64,000 nt of DNA from Chthoniobacterales bacterium. Lineage in GTDB: Bacteria > Verrucomicrobiota > Verrucomicrobiia > Chthoniobacterales > JACTMZ01. A model generated the notes under the pieces. That model was not told the origin of the DNA. It made no database searches and saw nothing but the letters and a program-made list of their open reading frames with translations. The position numbers were made by a program, and so were the translations under genes. How positions within the stretch are numbered: the stretch's first letter is position 1; each line of letters begins with the position of its first letter. Below, in pieces: positions 1 to 8,389 of the stretch. The DNA is taken from NCBI GenBank assembly GCA_044343805.1, contig JBIJDZ010000002.1:5402-69401 (forward strand), given 5' to 3'.

Positions 1-2
1 GG

Positions 3-611
3 GCCAAGAGCGCGTTCCACGGTTACCGTAAATTTCCCGGCCAACTTTGCATCTCCGTGAACGAAGAAGTTGTTCATGGAATCGGGGGTGACCGCCGTCT
101 GGCCTATGGAGATATCGTCAAGCTTGATGTTGGCGTAATCAAAGACGGCTGGATCGGCGACAATGCAACTACCGTCCGATTGGGGGTCGTGGCTCCTGCC
201 GTTGATCGCTTGGTCGAAGACACCGCCCGCATCTTGCGCGATGTCATTCCGCATGTGACGGATGGAAACCGTGTGGGCGACATCTCTTCCTTTATCGAGC
301 AGGCCGCTCTGGCTCGCGGGTATTCCGTTGTTCGTGAATTTGTCGGTCATGGGGTTGGAAGGAAGCTCCACGAGGATCCGCAAATTCCCAATTTTGGCAA
401 AGCTGGCCGAGGCCCGAAGCTCAAGGCCGGCATGACCTTGGCCATTGAGCCGATGATCAATTTGGGTGTCAGCGGCGTGCGCGTGCTTGATGACAAATGG
501 ACCGTGGTTACGGCCGACGGCCTCCCCTCTGCTCACTTTGAACACACTGTGCTGGTTACAAAAGATGAACCAGAAGTTTTGACATGGCGAAAAAAGACGC
601 TATTGAAGTAG
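3..611 (+). CDS. map: Methionine aminopeptidase type I, 5'-truncated by the window edge
   Basis: The frame is open from nt 3 ([26 protein letters not shown]...). MAP-I motifs are present: [23 protein letters not shown]. It sits upstream of infA as in the spc/alpha region. Confidence 0.9.
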   Translation, partial: AKSAFHGYRKFPGQLCISVNEEVVHGIGGDRRLAYGDIVKLDVGVIKDGWIGDNATTVRLGVVAPAVDRLVEDTARILRDVIPHVTDGNRVGDISSFIEQAALARGYSVVREFVGHGVGRKLHEDPQIPNFGKAGRGPKLKAGMTLAIEPMINLGVSGVRVLDDKWTVVTADGLPSAHFEHTVLVTKDEPEVLTWRKKTLLK

Positions 612-802
612 AAGGCAAGGTTGTCGAGCTGCTGCCGAACACGATGTTCCGTGTGGAATTGCCCAACGGACACCGTGTTCTTGCGCACATCTCAGGCAAG
701 ATGCGACTGCACTTCATCCGCATCTTGCCGGGTGATACAGTCATGCTGGAGTTGTCTCCTTACGACTTGAGCAAAGGACGCATCACCTACCGCCGCAAAT
801 AG
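584..802 (+). CDS. infA: Translation initiation factor IF-1
   Basis: 72 aa, [41 protein letters not shown]..., the canonical IF-1 S1-fold sequence. Confidence 0.95.
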   Translation: MAKKDAIEVEGKVVELLPNTMFRVELPNGHRVLAHISGKMRLHFIRILPGDTVMLELSPYDLSKGRITYRRK

Positions 803-815
803 AACGAACCGAAAT

Positions 816-929
816 ATGAAAGTAAGAGCCTCCGTCAAACGACTCTGTGAAAGTTGCCGGGTGATCCGGCGGAACAACGTTGTGCGCGTCGTTTGCAAAA
901 ACCCGCGCCACAAACAAAGACAAGGATAA
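816..929 (+). CDS. rpmJ: 50S ribosomal protein L36
   Basis: Not in the ORF track (37 aa). My own translation gives [37 protein letters not shown], with the canonical L36 Cys/His pattern. Position between infA and rpsM is as expected. Confidence 0.9.
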   Translation: MKVRASVKRLCESCRVIRRNNVVRVVCKNPRHKQRQG

Positions 930-935
930 AACGCC

Positions 936-1331
936 ATGCCACGCTTACTCGGGGTTGAAATCCCGCCCAACAAACGCATCGAAGCCTCCCTGCCGTATAT
1001 TTACGGCATCGGCCCCACCATCGCCAAACGCGTCCTCGCCGAGGCCTCGATCGATCCTCATACACGTGCCAAAGACCTGACCCCCGAGCAGATCTCCTTG
1101 ATTGTTCAGATCATCGGCAACAACGGCATTCTTATCGAAGGTGATCTCCGCCGCGAACTGCAGGGCAATTTAAAACGACTGCAAGCGATCAACTGCTACC
1201 GCGGTATCCGCCATCGCCGCGGCCTTCCCGTGCGCGGACAGCGCACCTCCACTAATGCCCGTACCCGGAAAGGGCCCCGCAAAACGGTGGGCGTGCAGAA
1301 AAACAAGGACGCCAAGGCTGGCAAAGTCTAA
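936..1331 (+). CDS. rpsM: 30S ribosomal protein S13
   Basis: 131 aa, [26 protein letters not shown]..., a typical S13. Confidence 0.95.
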   Translation: MPRLLGVEIPPNKRIEASLPYIYGIGPTIAKRVLAEASIDPHTRAKDLTPEQISLIVQIIGNNGILIEGDLRRELQGNLKRLQAINCYRGIRHRRGLPVRGQRTSTNARTRKGPRKTVGVQKNKDAKAGKV

Positions 1332-1343
1332 TCCACAACTAGT

Positions 1344-1961
1344 ATGAGCGACGAAACCAAGAACGAATCTCAAGACGCTGTCCGCAAGGAAGAAACGGCG
1401 GAACATCATCCTGCCACCGAAGCCAAGGCGGAAGCCGCCCCAGCTGCTGAAAAAAAAGCCGCCAAGCCCAAAGCTGCCAAAGGCAAGACCGCCAAGAAAA
1501 AGGAGGGTGAAGAGAAAGCCGCTGAAGTAGCTGCTCCCAAGTCGTCCGATGATATCTTGTCACTCGATGCGCCGATTGCGCCGGCAAAAATCGTCAAGGC
1601 CAAGGGAAGCAAAAACGTCAGCCAAGGCATTGCCCACGTCCTTGCGACCTTCAACAACACCATCGTTAGCATCACGGACCAGCGCGGTGCCGTTCTCGGC
1701 GCATCCAGCGCGGGTAAAGTCGGATTCAAAGGCTCGCGCAAAAGCACAGCCTACGCCGCACAGCTCGTAGCGCAAGACGCCGCCCGTCAAGCCATGGGGC
1801 ACGGACTCAAAGAGGTTGAAGTCCGTGTCAAAGGCCCCGGTGCCGGCCGCGAATCCGCGATCCGCGCTCTGCAAGCTATCGGCCTCGAAATCACCATTAT
1901 CAAGGACGTCACTCCCGTGCCGCACAACGGGTGCCGTCCACCCAAAGCCCGCCGCGTTTAA
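1344..1961 (+). CDS. rpsK: 30S ribosomal protein S11 with a roughly 75-85 aa Lys/Ala/Glu-rich N-terminal extension
   Basis: The C-terminal ~125 aa are canonical S11 ([18 protein letters not shown]...[11 protein letters not shown]...[16 protein letters not shown]). The N-terminal part is low-complexity K/A/E-rich and in frame from the ATG at 1344, 12 nt after rpsM. Confidence 0.88.
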   Translation: MSDETKNESQDAVRKEETAEHHPATEAKAEAAPAAEKKAAKPKAAKGKTAKKKEGEEKAAEVAAPKSSDDILSLDAPIAPAKIVKAKGSKNVSQGIAHVLATFNNTIVSITDQRGAVLGASSAGKVGFKGSRKSTAYAAQLVAQDAARQAMGHGLKEVEVRVKGPGAGRESAIRALQAIGLEITIIKDVTPVPHNGCRPPKARRV

Positions 1962-1984
1962 TATCGCGCAACCTATCGTACACC

Positions 1985-2596
1985 ATGGCAAGATACACCG
2001 GACCCAAGACCAAAATCAGCCGCCGCTTTGGCGTTTTCCTTATCGGCTCACCGAAGCATTTTGAGCGCCGTAGCTACCCGCCCGGAATGCACGGCCAGAA
2101 AGGAATGCGCCGCAAAGTTTCCGAATACGGGCAAGCCCTCGCCGAAAAGCAGAAGCTCAAAGCCCAATACGGAGTGCTTGAGCGACAGTTTCGCCGCTAC
2201 TTCGATACGGCTCTTTCGCGTCGCGGCATCACTGGCGAGACGCTTCTCCAGCTCCTCGAGACTCGTTTGGACAACATTGTTTATCGCCTTGGTTTTGCCC
2301 GCACCCGCACTGCTGCCCGCCAGATGGTTTCGCACGGTCATGTGCAGGTCAACGGCCGCAAAAACGACATATCTTCGGCCAATTTGAAGCCGGGTGATGT
2401 TGTCACGATCAAAAACTCGCCCAAACCCCGCGCGCTGGCCGCCCGCCACATGGAAGCCACCCAGATTCGCACCGTGCCCGAGTGGCTTGTCGTCGATCGC
2501 GATAATTTCTCAGGTACAGTGTCCCGTATCCCGACCCGCGATGAAATCGCGCCGGTCGTAAATGAACAGCTTGTCGTCGAGCTTTACTCGCGATAA
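1985..2596 (+). CDS. rpsD: 30S ribosomal protein S4
   Basis: The canonical N-terminus MARYTGPKTKISRRFG begins at the ATG at 1985. The track ORF starting at 1931 overlaps rpsK and adds non-homologous residues. Confidence 0.92.
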   Translation: MARYTGPKTKISRRFGVFLIGSPKHFERRSYPPGMHGQKGMRRKVSEYGQALAEKQKLKAQYGVLERQFRRYFDTALSRRGITGETLLQLLETRLDNIVYRLGFARTRTAARQMVSHGHVQVNGRKNDISSANLKPGDVVTIKNSPKPRALAARHMEATQIRTVPEWLVVDRDNFSGTVSRIPTRDEIAPVVNEQLVVELYSR

Positions 2597-2618
2597 ACGG
2601 AAAAAATTCCCCCTCCAG

Positions 2619-2658
2619 CGCCGCCGGCGCGACTTCGGTCGCCCGGCGGCGTTTTTCT
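2619..2658 (+). terminator. Rho-independent terminator after rpsD
   Basis: CGCCGCCGGCGCGAC-TTCG-GTCGCCCGGCGGCG followed by TTTTTCTT: a GC-rich stem of about 14 bp with one bulge, plus a T-tract. Confidence 0.7.
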
Positions 2659-2698
2659 TGGGGTTGCGGGACCGACGTCGCACGTTAAACTTGCCGAC

Positions 2699-3250
2699 GT
2701 GGAAGCCCGCCGCCTGCCGCTTGATGGAATGTTGTTGCTGCCAAACGCGTTGCATGCCGATGCCCGCGGCACTTTTTCCGTGCTGTGGAACCGGGAAGAA
2801 CTGGTTCGCGCCGGGATCGCTGCGAAGTTCGTGCAGGACAACCTCATCAAAACCCGACGCGGTGTTCTGCGGGGTATGCATTTCCAGACCCGCCATCCGC
2901 AGGGAAAGTTGCTCACCGTGATTGAAGGCGAGGTCTATGACGCCGCTGTCGATTTACGTCCCCATTCGCCGACATTCGGCCAATCCGCCGGTGTCGTTCT
3001 GCGGGCCGCCGATCATCAAAGCCTCTGGCTGCCGCCCGGATTTGCCCACGGTTTTTTGGCGCTCAGCGAGCATGTGATCTACCTCTATAAAGTCACCGCC
3101 CCGTGGGACCCGGATGATGCACACGTTCTGGCTTGGGATGATCCGCGGGTGGCTATTGCTTGGCCTTTATCCGGGGGACAAAAGCCGCTTCTTTCCGAGC
3201 GCGACAAAGTCGGTCGATCACTGGAGGAAGTTCAGGCTGAGTTGCCATGA
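2699..3250 (+). CDS. rfbC: dTDP-4-dehydrorhamnose 3,5-epimerase
   Basis: 183 aa cupin with RmlC hallmarks: DARGTFSVLW, RGMHFQ, GKLLTVIEGEVYDAAVDLR, PPGFAHGF. GTG start. Confidence 0.85.
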   Translation: MEARRLPLDGMLLLPNALHADARGTFSVLWNREELVRAGIAAKFVQDNLIKTRRGVLRGMHFQTRHPQGKLLTVIEGEVYDAAVDLRPHSPTFGQSAGVVLRAADHQSLWLPPGFAHGFLALSEHVIYLYKVTAPWDPDDAHVLAWDDPRVAIAWPLSGGQKPLLSERDKVGRSLEEVQAELP

Positions 3251-3299
3251 ATCATTGGCTATTGGCAAAACCACCGTCGTTGGAAAAAACTGCTGCTCC

Positions 3300-4109
3300 A
3301 TGAATGTTCCCGAGCAAATGATGGTGCGGGTCTCGCCGCGGCATGAAGTGCTGCTGGCACCGGAATACGCGCAACTGATCACGCGGGCCCCGGAACACGA
3401 TTACGTCATGCGTACCATCACCCGGCGCGAGGCCAACGGCATGCCTTTGATGACGGCCGAAATGGTTATCGCCGGCAAAGACACGCTCAAAGAATTCGCG
3501 CTCGCCGCCGAATATCCGATGCACTTCCGTAAAACGTATTTTCCCGGTCGCCTGCACGGGGATCCATCGGTCGAGTTCGAAAATCAACGCCGTGCCTCCG
3601 AAATCCTTGGCGCGCCACCACCGATCGGTTGGACCAAAAACACCTTCCGGTCCTGCTTCGTGCCCGGCAAACCTTACTCGCGCCTCACGCCTTTCGGTGT
3701 CGAGCCGGTGGAAAATAATGTCTTCGTGGCGGAGGAATTGAACCTCGCCACCGCCGTCGGCCTTTGGTGGTTGTGCCAACAAGCATTTGATCAGCTGGCG
3801 CGTTTGCACGATGCAGGTCTCGTCCACGGCGACATGGAGCTGCACAACATCGCTGTCTCCCCATCGCCCGCCGAAGTTGTTCTCATCGACTTCGAGCTCG
3901 CCCGTAACAAGCAAGATCTCCCTCCTGCCGATTGGGAAAAGTTCATCCGCGCTGATTTTGTCGAACTCCTCAAAGAGGCCGTCTATTTGCAGTGCGCTCT
4001 CGGACGCCAGCCCGGCCCCCTGGCCGATATGGCCATGGAGCGCCTCGGCGAATTGTTCCCGTCACCCGGACGCTTCGAACGCCGTATCCGCAGGCAGGCG
4101 GCAGTTTAG
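3300..4109 (+). CDS. Protein-kinase-like fold protein (Kdo/WaaP/RIO-like lipopolysaccharide-kinase-type motifs)
   Basis: Contains LHDAGLVHGDMELHNIAV (HGDxxxxN catalytic loop) and VVLIDFELAR (DFE in the DFG position). The ATG at 3300 avoids the overlap with rfbC that the 3114 track start creates. No closer family assignment is possible by eye. Confidence 0.45.
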   Translation: MNVPEQMMVRVSPRHEVLLAPEYAQLITRAPEHDYVMRTITRREANGMPLMTAEMVIAGKDTLKEFALAAEYPMHFRKTYFPGRLHGDPSVEFENQRRASEILGAPPPIGWTKNTFRSCFVPGKPYSRLTPFGVEPVENNVFVAEELNLATAVGLWWLCQQAFDQLARLHDAGLVHGDMELHNIAVSPSPAEVVLIDFELARNKQDLPPADWEKFIRADFVELLKEAVYLQCALGRQPGPLADMAMERLGELFPSPGRFERRIRRQAAV

Positions 4110-4181
4110 ATTGTAAGAGGCGCTCCCTGTGGCTTGCGGCGAAGGGTGAGGCCGTGTTTACTTACTTGTCGTGTTATTCAA

Positions 4182-4269
4182 GGATGGGTGACAGAGCGGT
4201 CGATTGTGCACGCCTGGAAAGCGTGTGTGCCGCAAGGCACCGGGGGTTCGAATCCCCCCCCATCCGCCA
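4182..4269 (+). tRNA. tRNA-Ser (anticodon GGA), CCA encoded
   Basis: Folded by hand. Acceptor GGATGGG/CCCATCC; anticodon stem CACGC/GCGTG with loop CTGGAAA; long variable arm TGTGCCGCAAGGCAC; T-arm GGGGG-TTCGAAT-CCCCC; ends G-CCA. Confidence 0.9.
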
Positions 4270-4433
4270 TTTCTTGTTTATTTTCGAAATGGACGGCCCG
4301 CTTCGCTGCAAAGGAGGAATGCTGAGATGGTTGCTAGCGTTAAAAGCGTCACGAACAAGAGATCAATGAATGTGTTCATGCCCAGATTTCATTACAGGGG
4401 GTAGGACAGACACTGGGTTACGCTCCTCAAAGT

Positions 4434-4505
4434 TGTCCCCGCCGGGAATCGAACCCAGATTTAGAGTTTAGGAAACCCTCGTTCTATCCGTTGAACTACG
4501 GGGAC
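4434..4505 (-). tRNA. tRNA-Arg (anticodon CCT)
   Basis: The reverse complement folds as: acceptor GTCCCCG/CGGGGAC, D-arm GTTC..GAAC, anticodon stem AGGGT/ACTCT with loop TTCCTAA, T-arm CTGGG-TTCGATT-CCCGG, discriminator A. No encoded CCA. Confidence 0.85.
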
Positions 4506-4614
4506 GTTGAAAGGCTTCACGGATGCCGCAGGAGAGGCTGGTTGGCAAGATGATTGGTGGCGATTTTGCTCCGAGTCACGGAGGAGGTTCCGCTAAATTG
4601 GGCGCACATTGAAC

Positions 4615-6132
4615 ATGGCTTTCCGATTTTTCGAGGTCTTGATTGATCATTGGCCGGTCTTTGCCGTTTTGGCGGGATTGGCAGCGTTGATGGCGATTGT
4701 GGTAATCGTGCGGGGGCCGTTCGAGAAAGACCGTCAGGCAAAGGCCGACGGGATTTTCGGGTGGGCGTGCGTGTTTGCGCTGCCGCCAGTCGTGTATGTG
4801 CTGGGTGTGGCGGCTGGCCTGAGTGTGGATGCCTCGATTTTCACGGCCATGCTGGCGGCGGCGGTTTTGTTGTGGGTGTTTGCGCTCGTGGAGGAGTTTG
4901 TGCCGGCGCTGGTCGCGGTGGTGGCAACGTTGTTCATCGGGCTGGCACCGCCGGAGGTGGCGTTGGCCGGTTTTTCATCCCCGGGGCTTCTTCTTTTACT
5001 CGGGGTATATGCTTTGTCGGCGGTGATTGCGTCCTCGGGTCTGAGTTACCGGTTGATGCTGCACTTGTTGCTGCGGTTACCGGACAAGCCGGTGTGGCAT
5101 CAGGTGACGTTGCTCGGCATGGGATATGTGCTGTCGCCGCTGATGCCTTCGGCCAACACGCGGATGTCGATGTTGATGCCGGTGTTCAAGGACATGGCGG
5201 CGGGCTTGAAGCTGCCGGCGCGGGGTCCGGCGGTGACGGCGCTGCTGGCGGCGATGTTCGGCGGGGCGTTGTTGTTTTCGCCGATGATGGCGACGAGCAA
5301 GTCGTCCAATATCGCGGCGTTGAATTTTCTGCCACCGCAGGTCCAGGCGGAGTTTGCCGGGTTGTTTTGGTTGGTGGCGGCGCTGGTGGCGGCGGTGGGG
5401 ATGACGGTGGCGCATTTGTTCGTGATGGCGCGAATGTTTCCCTCGCAGAGCGAGGCGCCGCTGCCGCGGGAGCACATGGAGCGTCAGCTTTCGGAGATGG
5501 GCGTGCTCAAGCCGGGGGAATGGATTGCCGCGGCGGGGTTTGTTTTCTTTCTGGTCGGGTGCGCGACGGTGGCGTGGCATCAGGTGAAGCCGGCGTATCT
5601 CGCGGGATGCGTGCTGCTGGTGCTGCTGCTCACGGGCACGTTGCTGCGCCAAGATTTTCAGCGTCAGGTGGATTGGCCGATGATTTTTTTCCTGCTGGGG
5701 ATGGACAGCATGATGCGGATCATGGACCACCTCGGGTTGGCGCGGGCTTTGGCGGCGGCGACGGGTCAGGTTTACGGATTCGTTGACGGTCACATCGGGC
5801 TTTTTCTGGTGGCGACGTTGTCGACCACGTTGGCGGTGCGCTTGGTGTTGCCGGTCACGGCGGGGATGCTGACTTCGGTGATTATTCTGCTGCCAGTGGC
5901 GGCGGCGCAGGGGATTCATCCGTGGATCTGTGTTTTTAGCGCGGCGGTGTTCAGCGACATCGCCTTTTTCCGTCACCAAGGCACCAACGGAATTTTGCAG
6001 ATCCGCTCGTCGGGAATGTTCGAAGTGGGCGATGAGCGGAGCTTTCTGCGCTACAACATGTGGATGAACTTGGCGCGGGTGGTGTTCATCTTTGCCTCGA
6101 TACCATGGTGGCGGTGGCTGGGATTCCTATGA
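4615..6132 (+). CDS. DASS/SLC13-type anion permease (Na+/sulfate-dicarboxylate symporter-like)
   Basis: Polytopic, about 505 aa. The motif SPLMPSANTRMSMLMPV resembles the SNT hairpin motif of DASS transporters. The track start is TTG 4609; the first ATG is at 4615. Confidence 0.6.
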   Translation: MAFRFFEVLIDHWPVFAVLAGLAALMAIVVIVRGPFEKDRQAKADGIFGWACVFALPPVVYVLGVAAGLSVDASIFTAMLAAAVLLWVFALVEEFVPALVAVVATLFIGLAPPEVALAGFSSPGLLLLLGVYALSAVIASSGLSYRLMLHLLLRLPDKPVWHQVTLLGMGYVLSPLMPSANTRMSMLMPVFKDMAAGLKLPARGPAVTALLAAMFGGALLFSPMMATSKSSNIAALNFLPPQVQAEFAGLFWLVAALVAAVGMTVAHLFVMARMFPSQSEAPLPREHMERQLSEMGVLKPGEWIAAAGFVFFLVGCATVAWHQVKPAYLAGCVLLVLLLTGTLLRQDFQRQVDWPMIFFLLGMDSMMRIMDHLGLARALAAATGQVYGFVDGHIGLFLVATLSTTLAVRLVLPVTAGMLTSVIILLPVAAAQGIHPWICVFSAAVFSDIAFFRHQGTNGILQIRSSGMFEVGDERSFLRYNMWMNLARVVFIFASIPWWRWLGFL

Positions 6133-7142
6133 CAAAGCTCTGGAAAAATCTTTTGATCGCCGGTTTCTTGGTGGCGTTTGTCGTGCTGCTGGGGGTTTTC
6201 AACGCGACGAAACCGCGGATCATGGTGCTGCACTCAGCGGGGGCGGATTCCTCGTGGGCGCGGCAGGTGGATCGCGGGACGCGCGAGGTGCTGCAGGAGA
6301 ACCGGCGTCCGTTGTCGGTGGAGTGGCATTATCTCGGCGTGGATTCGCCAACGGCGGCGAAGCGCCGGGCGGAAGCGGTGGCGGGAGCGAAGCGGGCGAT
6401 TAAAAATTTCAACCCGGACCTGTTGATTGCGGTGGATGACGAGGCGAACTCGCTGGTGGCGCGTGAGCTGGCGGGGCGGTGGCGTCCGGGGATTTTATAT
6501 GTCTCATTGAACCGTCCGCCAGAGGACTTCGGCTATGCGGGGGTGGAGAGCGTGACGGGAATTGCGGAGCATTTGCCCTTGGCGGCGGTGCGGGATGCGG
6601 TGAGGTATTTGTTCGGTGAGCGCAGGCCGACGGTGGCGGTGATCGGGGTGGACAACGAAACGGGGTGGGCCGAGATGGCGCAGGTGCAGCAGTTTGCTTG
6701 GTCGCCGCTGGAGGTGGTCGAGGCAACCTTGGTGAAGACGTGGGAGAAGTGGCAGGAGGCGGCGAGGAAGAGCGGAACTGATGTTTTGCTCGTGCTGGGC
6801 ACGCATGATCTGCCGACGGCGGAGGGTGCGATTATAACAGCGGCTGCGGTGAATCGTTGGACGCAGGAGAACGCGCGTGGTTTGCCGATTGGCACGCAAG
6901 TGAGTTTTGTGGAAGATGGTGGGGCGCTGAGTTTCTCGCCGCCGCCTGATGATTACGGGGCGAAGGCGATGAGATTGGCTTTGGATTGGTTGGACGAACG
7001 CGACACGCCGGGGGCTCCGGCGCCGGTGGTGTCGGATCACTTCGAGGTGGCGTTGCGTCCGGCGCTGCTCAAAGAGCGCGGGGTGGTGTTGCCGCAGATC
7101 TACCTTGAGGCGGCGCGGGAGAACGGAACGTTATTTCGCTAA
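6129..7142 (+). CDS. Membrane-anchored periplasmic-binding-protein-like protein (ABC_sub_bind / type I PBP-like), function unknown
   Basis: ATGA overlap with the permease stop (6129-6132). N-terminal TM anchor (LLIAGFLVAFVVLLGVF), then alternating beta-alpha pattern (RIMVLHS, DLLIAVDD, VAVIGVD, VLLVLGTHD) typical of PBP folds. The assignment is tentative. Confidence 0.35.
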   Translation: MTKLWKNLLIAGFLVAFVVLLGVFNATKPRIMVLHSAGADSSWARQVDRGTREVLQENRRPLSVEWHYLGVDSPTAAKRRAEAVAGAKRAIKNFNPDLLIAVDDEANSLVARELAGRWRPGILYVSLNRPPEDFGYAGVESVTGIAEHLPLAAVRDAVRYLFGERRPTVAVIGVDNETGWAEMAQVQQFAWSPLEVVEATLVKTWEKWQEAARKSGTDVLLVLGTHDLPTAEGAIITAAAVNRWTQENARGLPIGTQVSFVEDGGALSFSPPPDDYGAKAMRLALDWLDERDTPGAPAPVVSDHFEVALRPALLKERGVVLPQIYLEAARENGTLFR

Positions 7143-8389
7143 AAGTCGATATTGGCGCTGAGGCCGAGGATGAAGGCGTCGGGCACGGCAGGGTTGCCGC
7201 CGGGTTGGACGAGGAGTTGCAGGTCGGGTTGGAGCGAGAGGAACGGCGTGATTTGCGCCTGATAGGTGGCTTCTATGACAAACTCGTTGCCGCGTCCGTT
7301 GCCTTCGAGTCCGGACGTCTGGCCCGGGGCGAGGCGCGCCCAGACGAGGGCGAGACCGGCGGCGTCGTCATCGCGCGTGGGCAGCAGTCCGGTCCAGGTG
7401 AATCCGGTGTTGAAGAGTGCGCCGAGCGGGCTGCGGTCGGGGGTGCCGGTGAAGCCGGCGCGGGTGAACCACGCGAGGCCTTGCGGCGAGTCGGGAGCGG
7501 CGCCGGATTCGCGCCAGAGCCATTGGTCGATGATGCCGTAGAAAAACGAACCGCCCCAAGCTTCGCCGTCGGTGCCGACGTAGTCGGGGTAGCCGCTTTC
7601 CATCATGACGCCGATTTTGGCGATGCCTGGAAGGGGCGCCCGGGACCACGCGTAGTGGGTTTCGCCGAGAAAGAGGATGCCGTTCATGCGGTCGAATCGC
7701 CAATAGAAGCCGGCAGGGTTTTCATTGGGCGGCCAGACGGATCCTTGCAAGGCGGCGGCTTGGAATTTCCATCCGCCCCCGGGTTCGAGGGCGGCGAAAA
7801 GTCCGGGGGCGGCGAAAGGATAGGCGGGAGGTCCGCCGAGGTTTCCGTTGTAGAGAATGGGCCATCCAAGGGCGGAATTGAGGAAGAGTGCGCCGACGTC
7901 GGAGATGGTGAAGTCGCGGTCGGCGTTGAACATGCCGGCGCGGAGGGCGAGCATGTCGTCGAAAAACATCTGCTGCACCCAGAGGTCGAGAGCTCGCAGG
8001 CCGTTGGGCGCTTCTGTGCTGCTGGCGGGGAAGAGCGAGCCGGTGTAGTCGGTGGTGGCGTTGCCGCCGTTGATCCACAGCCAGGTTGTGTTGAAGGTCA
8101 GGCCGTGCCAGCCGGCGAGTTTTTCGAAATCGATTTCACTGCCAAACTGCAGGAGTCCCGTATAGGTCGCGCCGGTGCGGTTGCCGCCGGTGACATTGCC
8201 CCAGATTTGCGAGGTGTAGGTAGAGGTGAAGCAGACTCCCCTTTTTTCGAGCAGGGGACGGTTGAGATTCCAATCGCCGGTGGCGAGATCCCATTTTATC
8301 CACGGCAGATTTGTCATGGCCCTTTCCTGTCCGAGAGCGGCCCCCATCAGGAGCGTGAGACAGGCAAGCGTGGCCGTTAGGCGAATCAT
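7139..8389 (-). CDS. OprB-family (carbohydrate-selective type) outer-membrane porin
   Basis: Signal peptide MIRLTATLACLTLLMGAALG, then TGDWNLNRPLLEKRGV...YTGLLQFGSEIDFEKLAGWHGLTF, and a C-terminal F. The ATG at 8389 overlaps the ATPase stop (ATGA). The track start at 8572 would lie inside the ATPase gene. Confidence 0.7.
   Translation of the reverse strand: MIRLTATLACLTLLMGAALGQERAMTNLPWIKWDLATGDWNLNRPLLEKRGVCFTSTYTSQIWGNVTGGNRTGATYTGLLQFGSEIDFEKLAGWHGLTFNTTWLWINGGNATTDYTGSLFPASSTEAPNGLRALDLWVQQMFFDDMLALRAGMFNADRDFTISDVGALFLNSALGWPILYNGNLGGPPAYPFAAPGLFAALEPGGGWKFQAAALQGSVWPPNENPAGFYWRFDRMNGILFLGETHYAWSRAPLPGIAKIGVMMESGYPDYVGTDGEAWGGSFFYGIIDQWLWRESGAAPDSPQGLAWFTRAGFTGTPDRSPLGALFNTGFTWTGLLPTRDDDAAGLALVWARLAPGQTSGLEGNGRGNEFVIEATYQAQITPFLSLQPDLQLLVQPGGNPAVPDAFILGLSANIDF

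Noticed and set aside
4270-4433. A 164-bp spacer of lower GC between the convergent tRNA-Ser and tRNA-Arg genes, considered as an integration scar or ncRNA
   Set aside because: There is no integrase and no obvious repeated copy of either tRNA 3' end. I could find no convincing conserved RNA fold by eye. The short ORFs there (63-66 aa) look random.
4650-5979. 378-aa (+) and 300-aa (-) ORFs inside the permease gene
   Set aside because: They are alternative-frame and antisense ORFs with extreme Gly/Arg or Arg/His/Gln composition. The permease frame gives coherent TM helices and a DASS-like motif.
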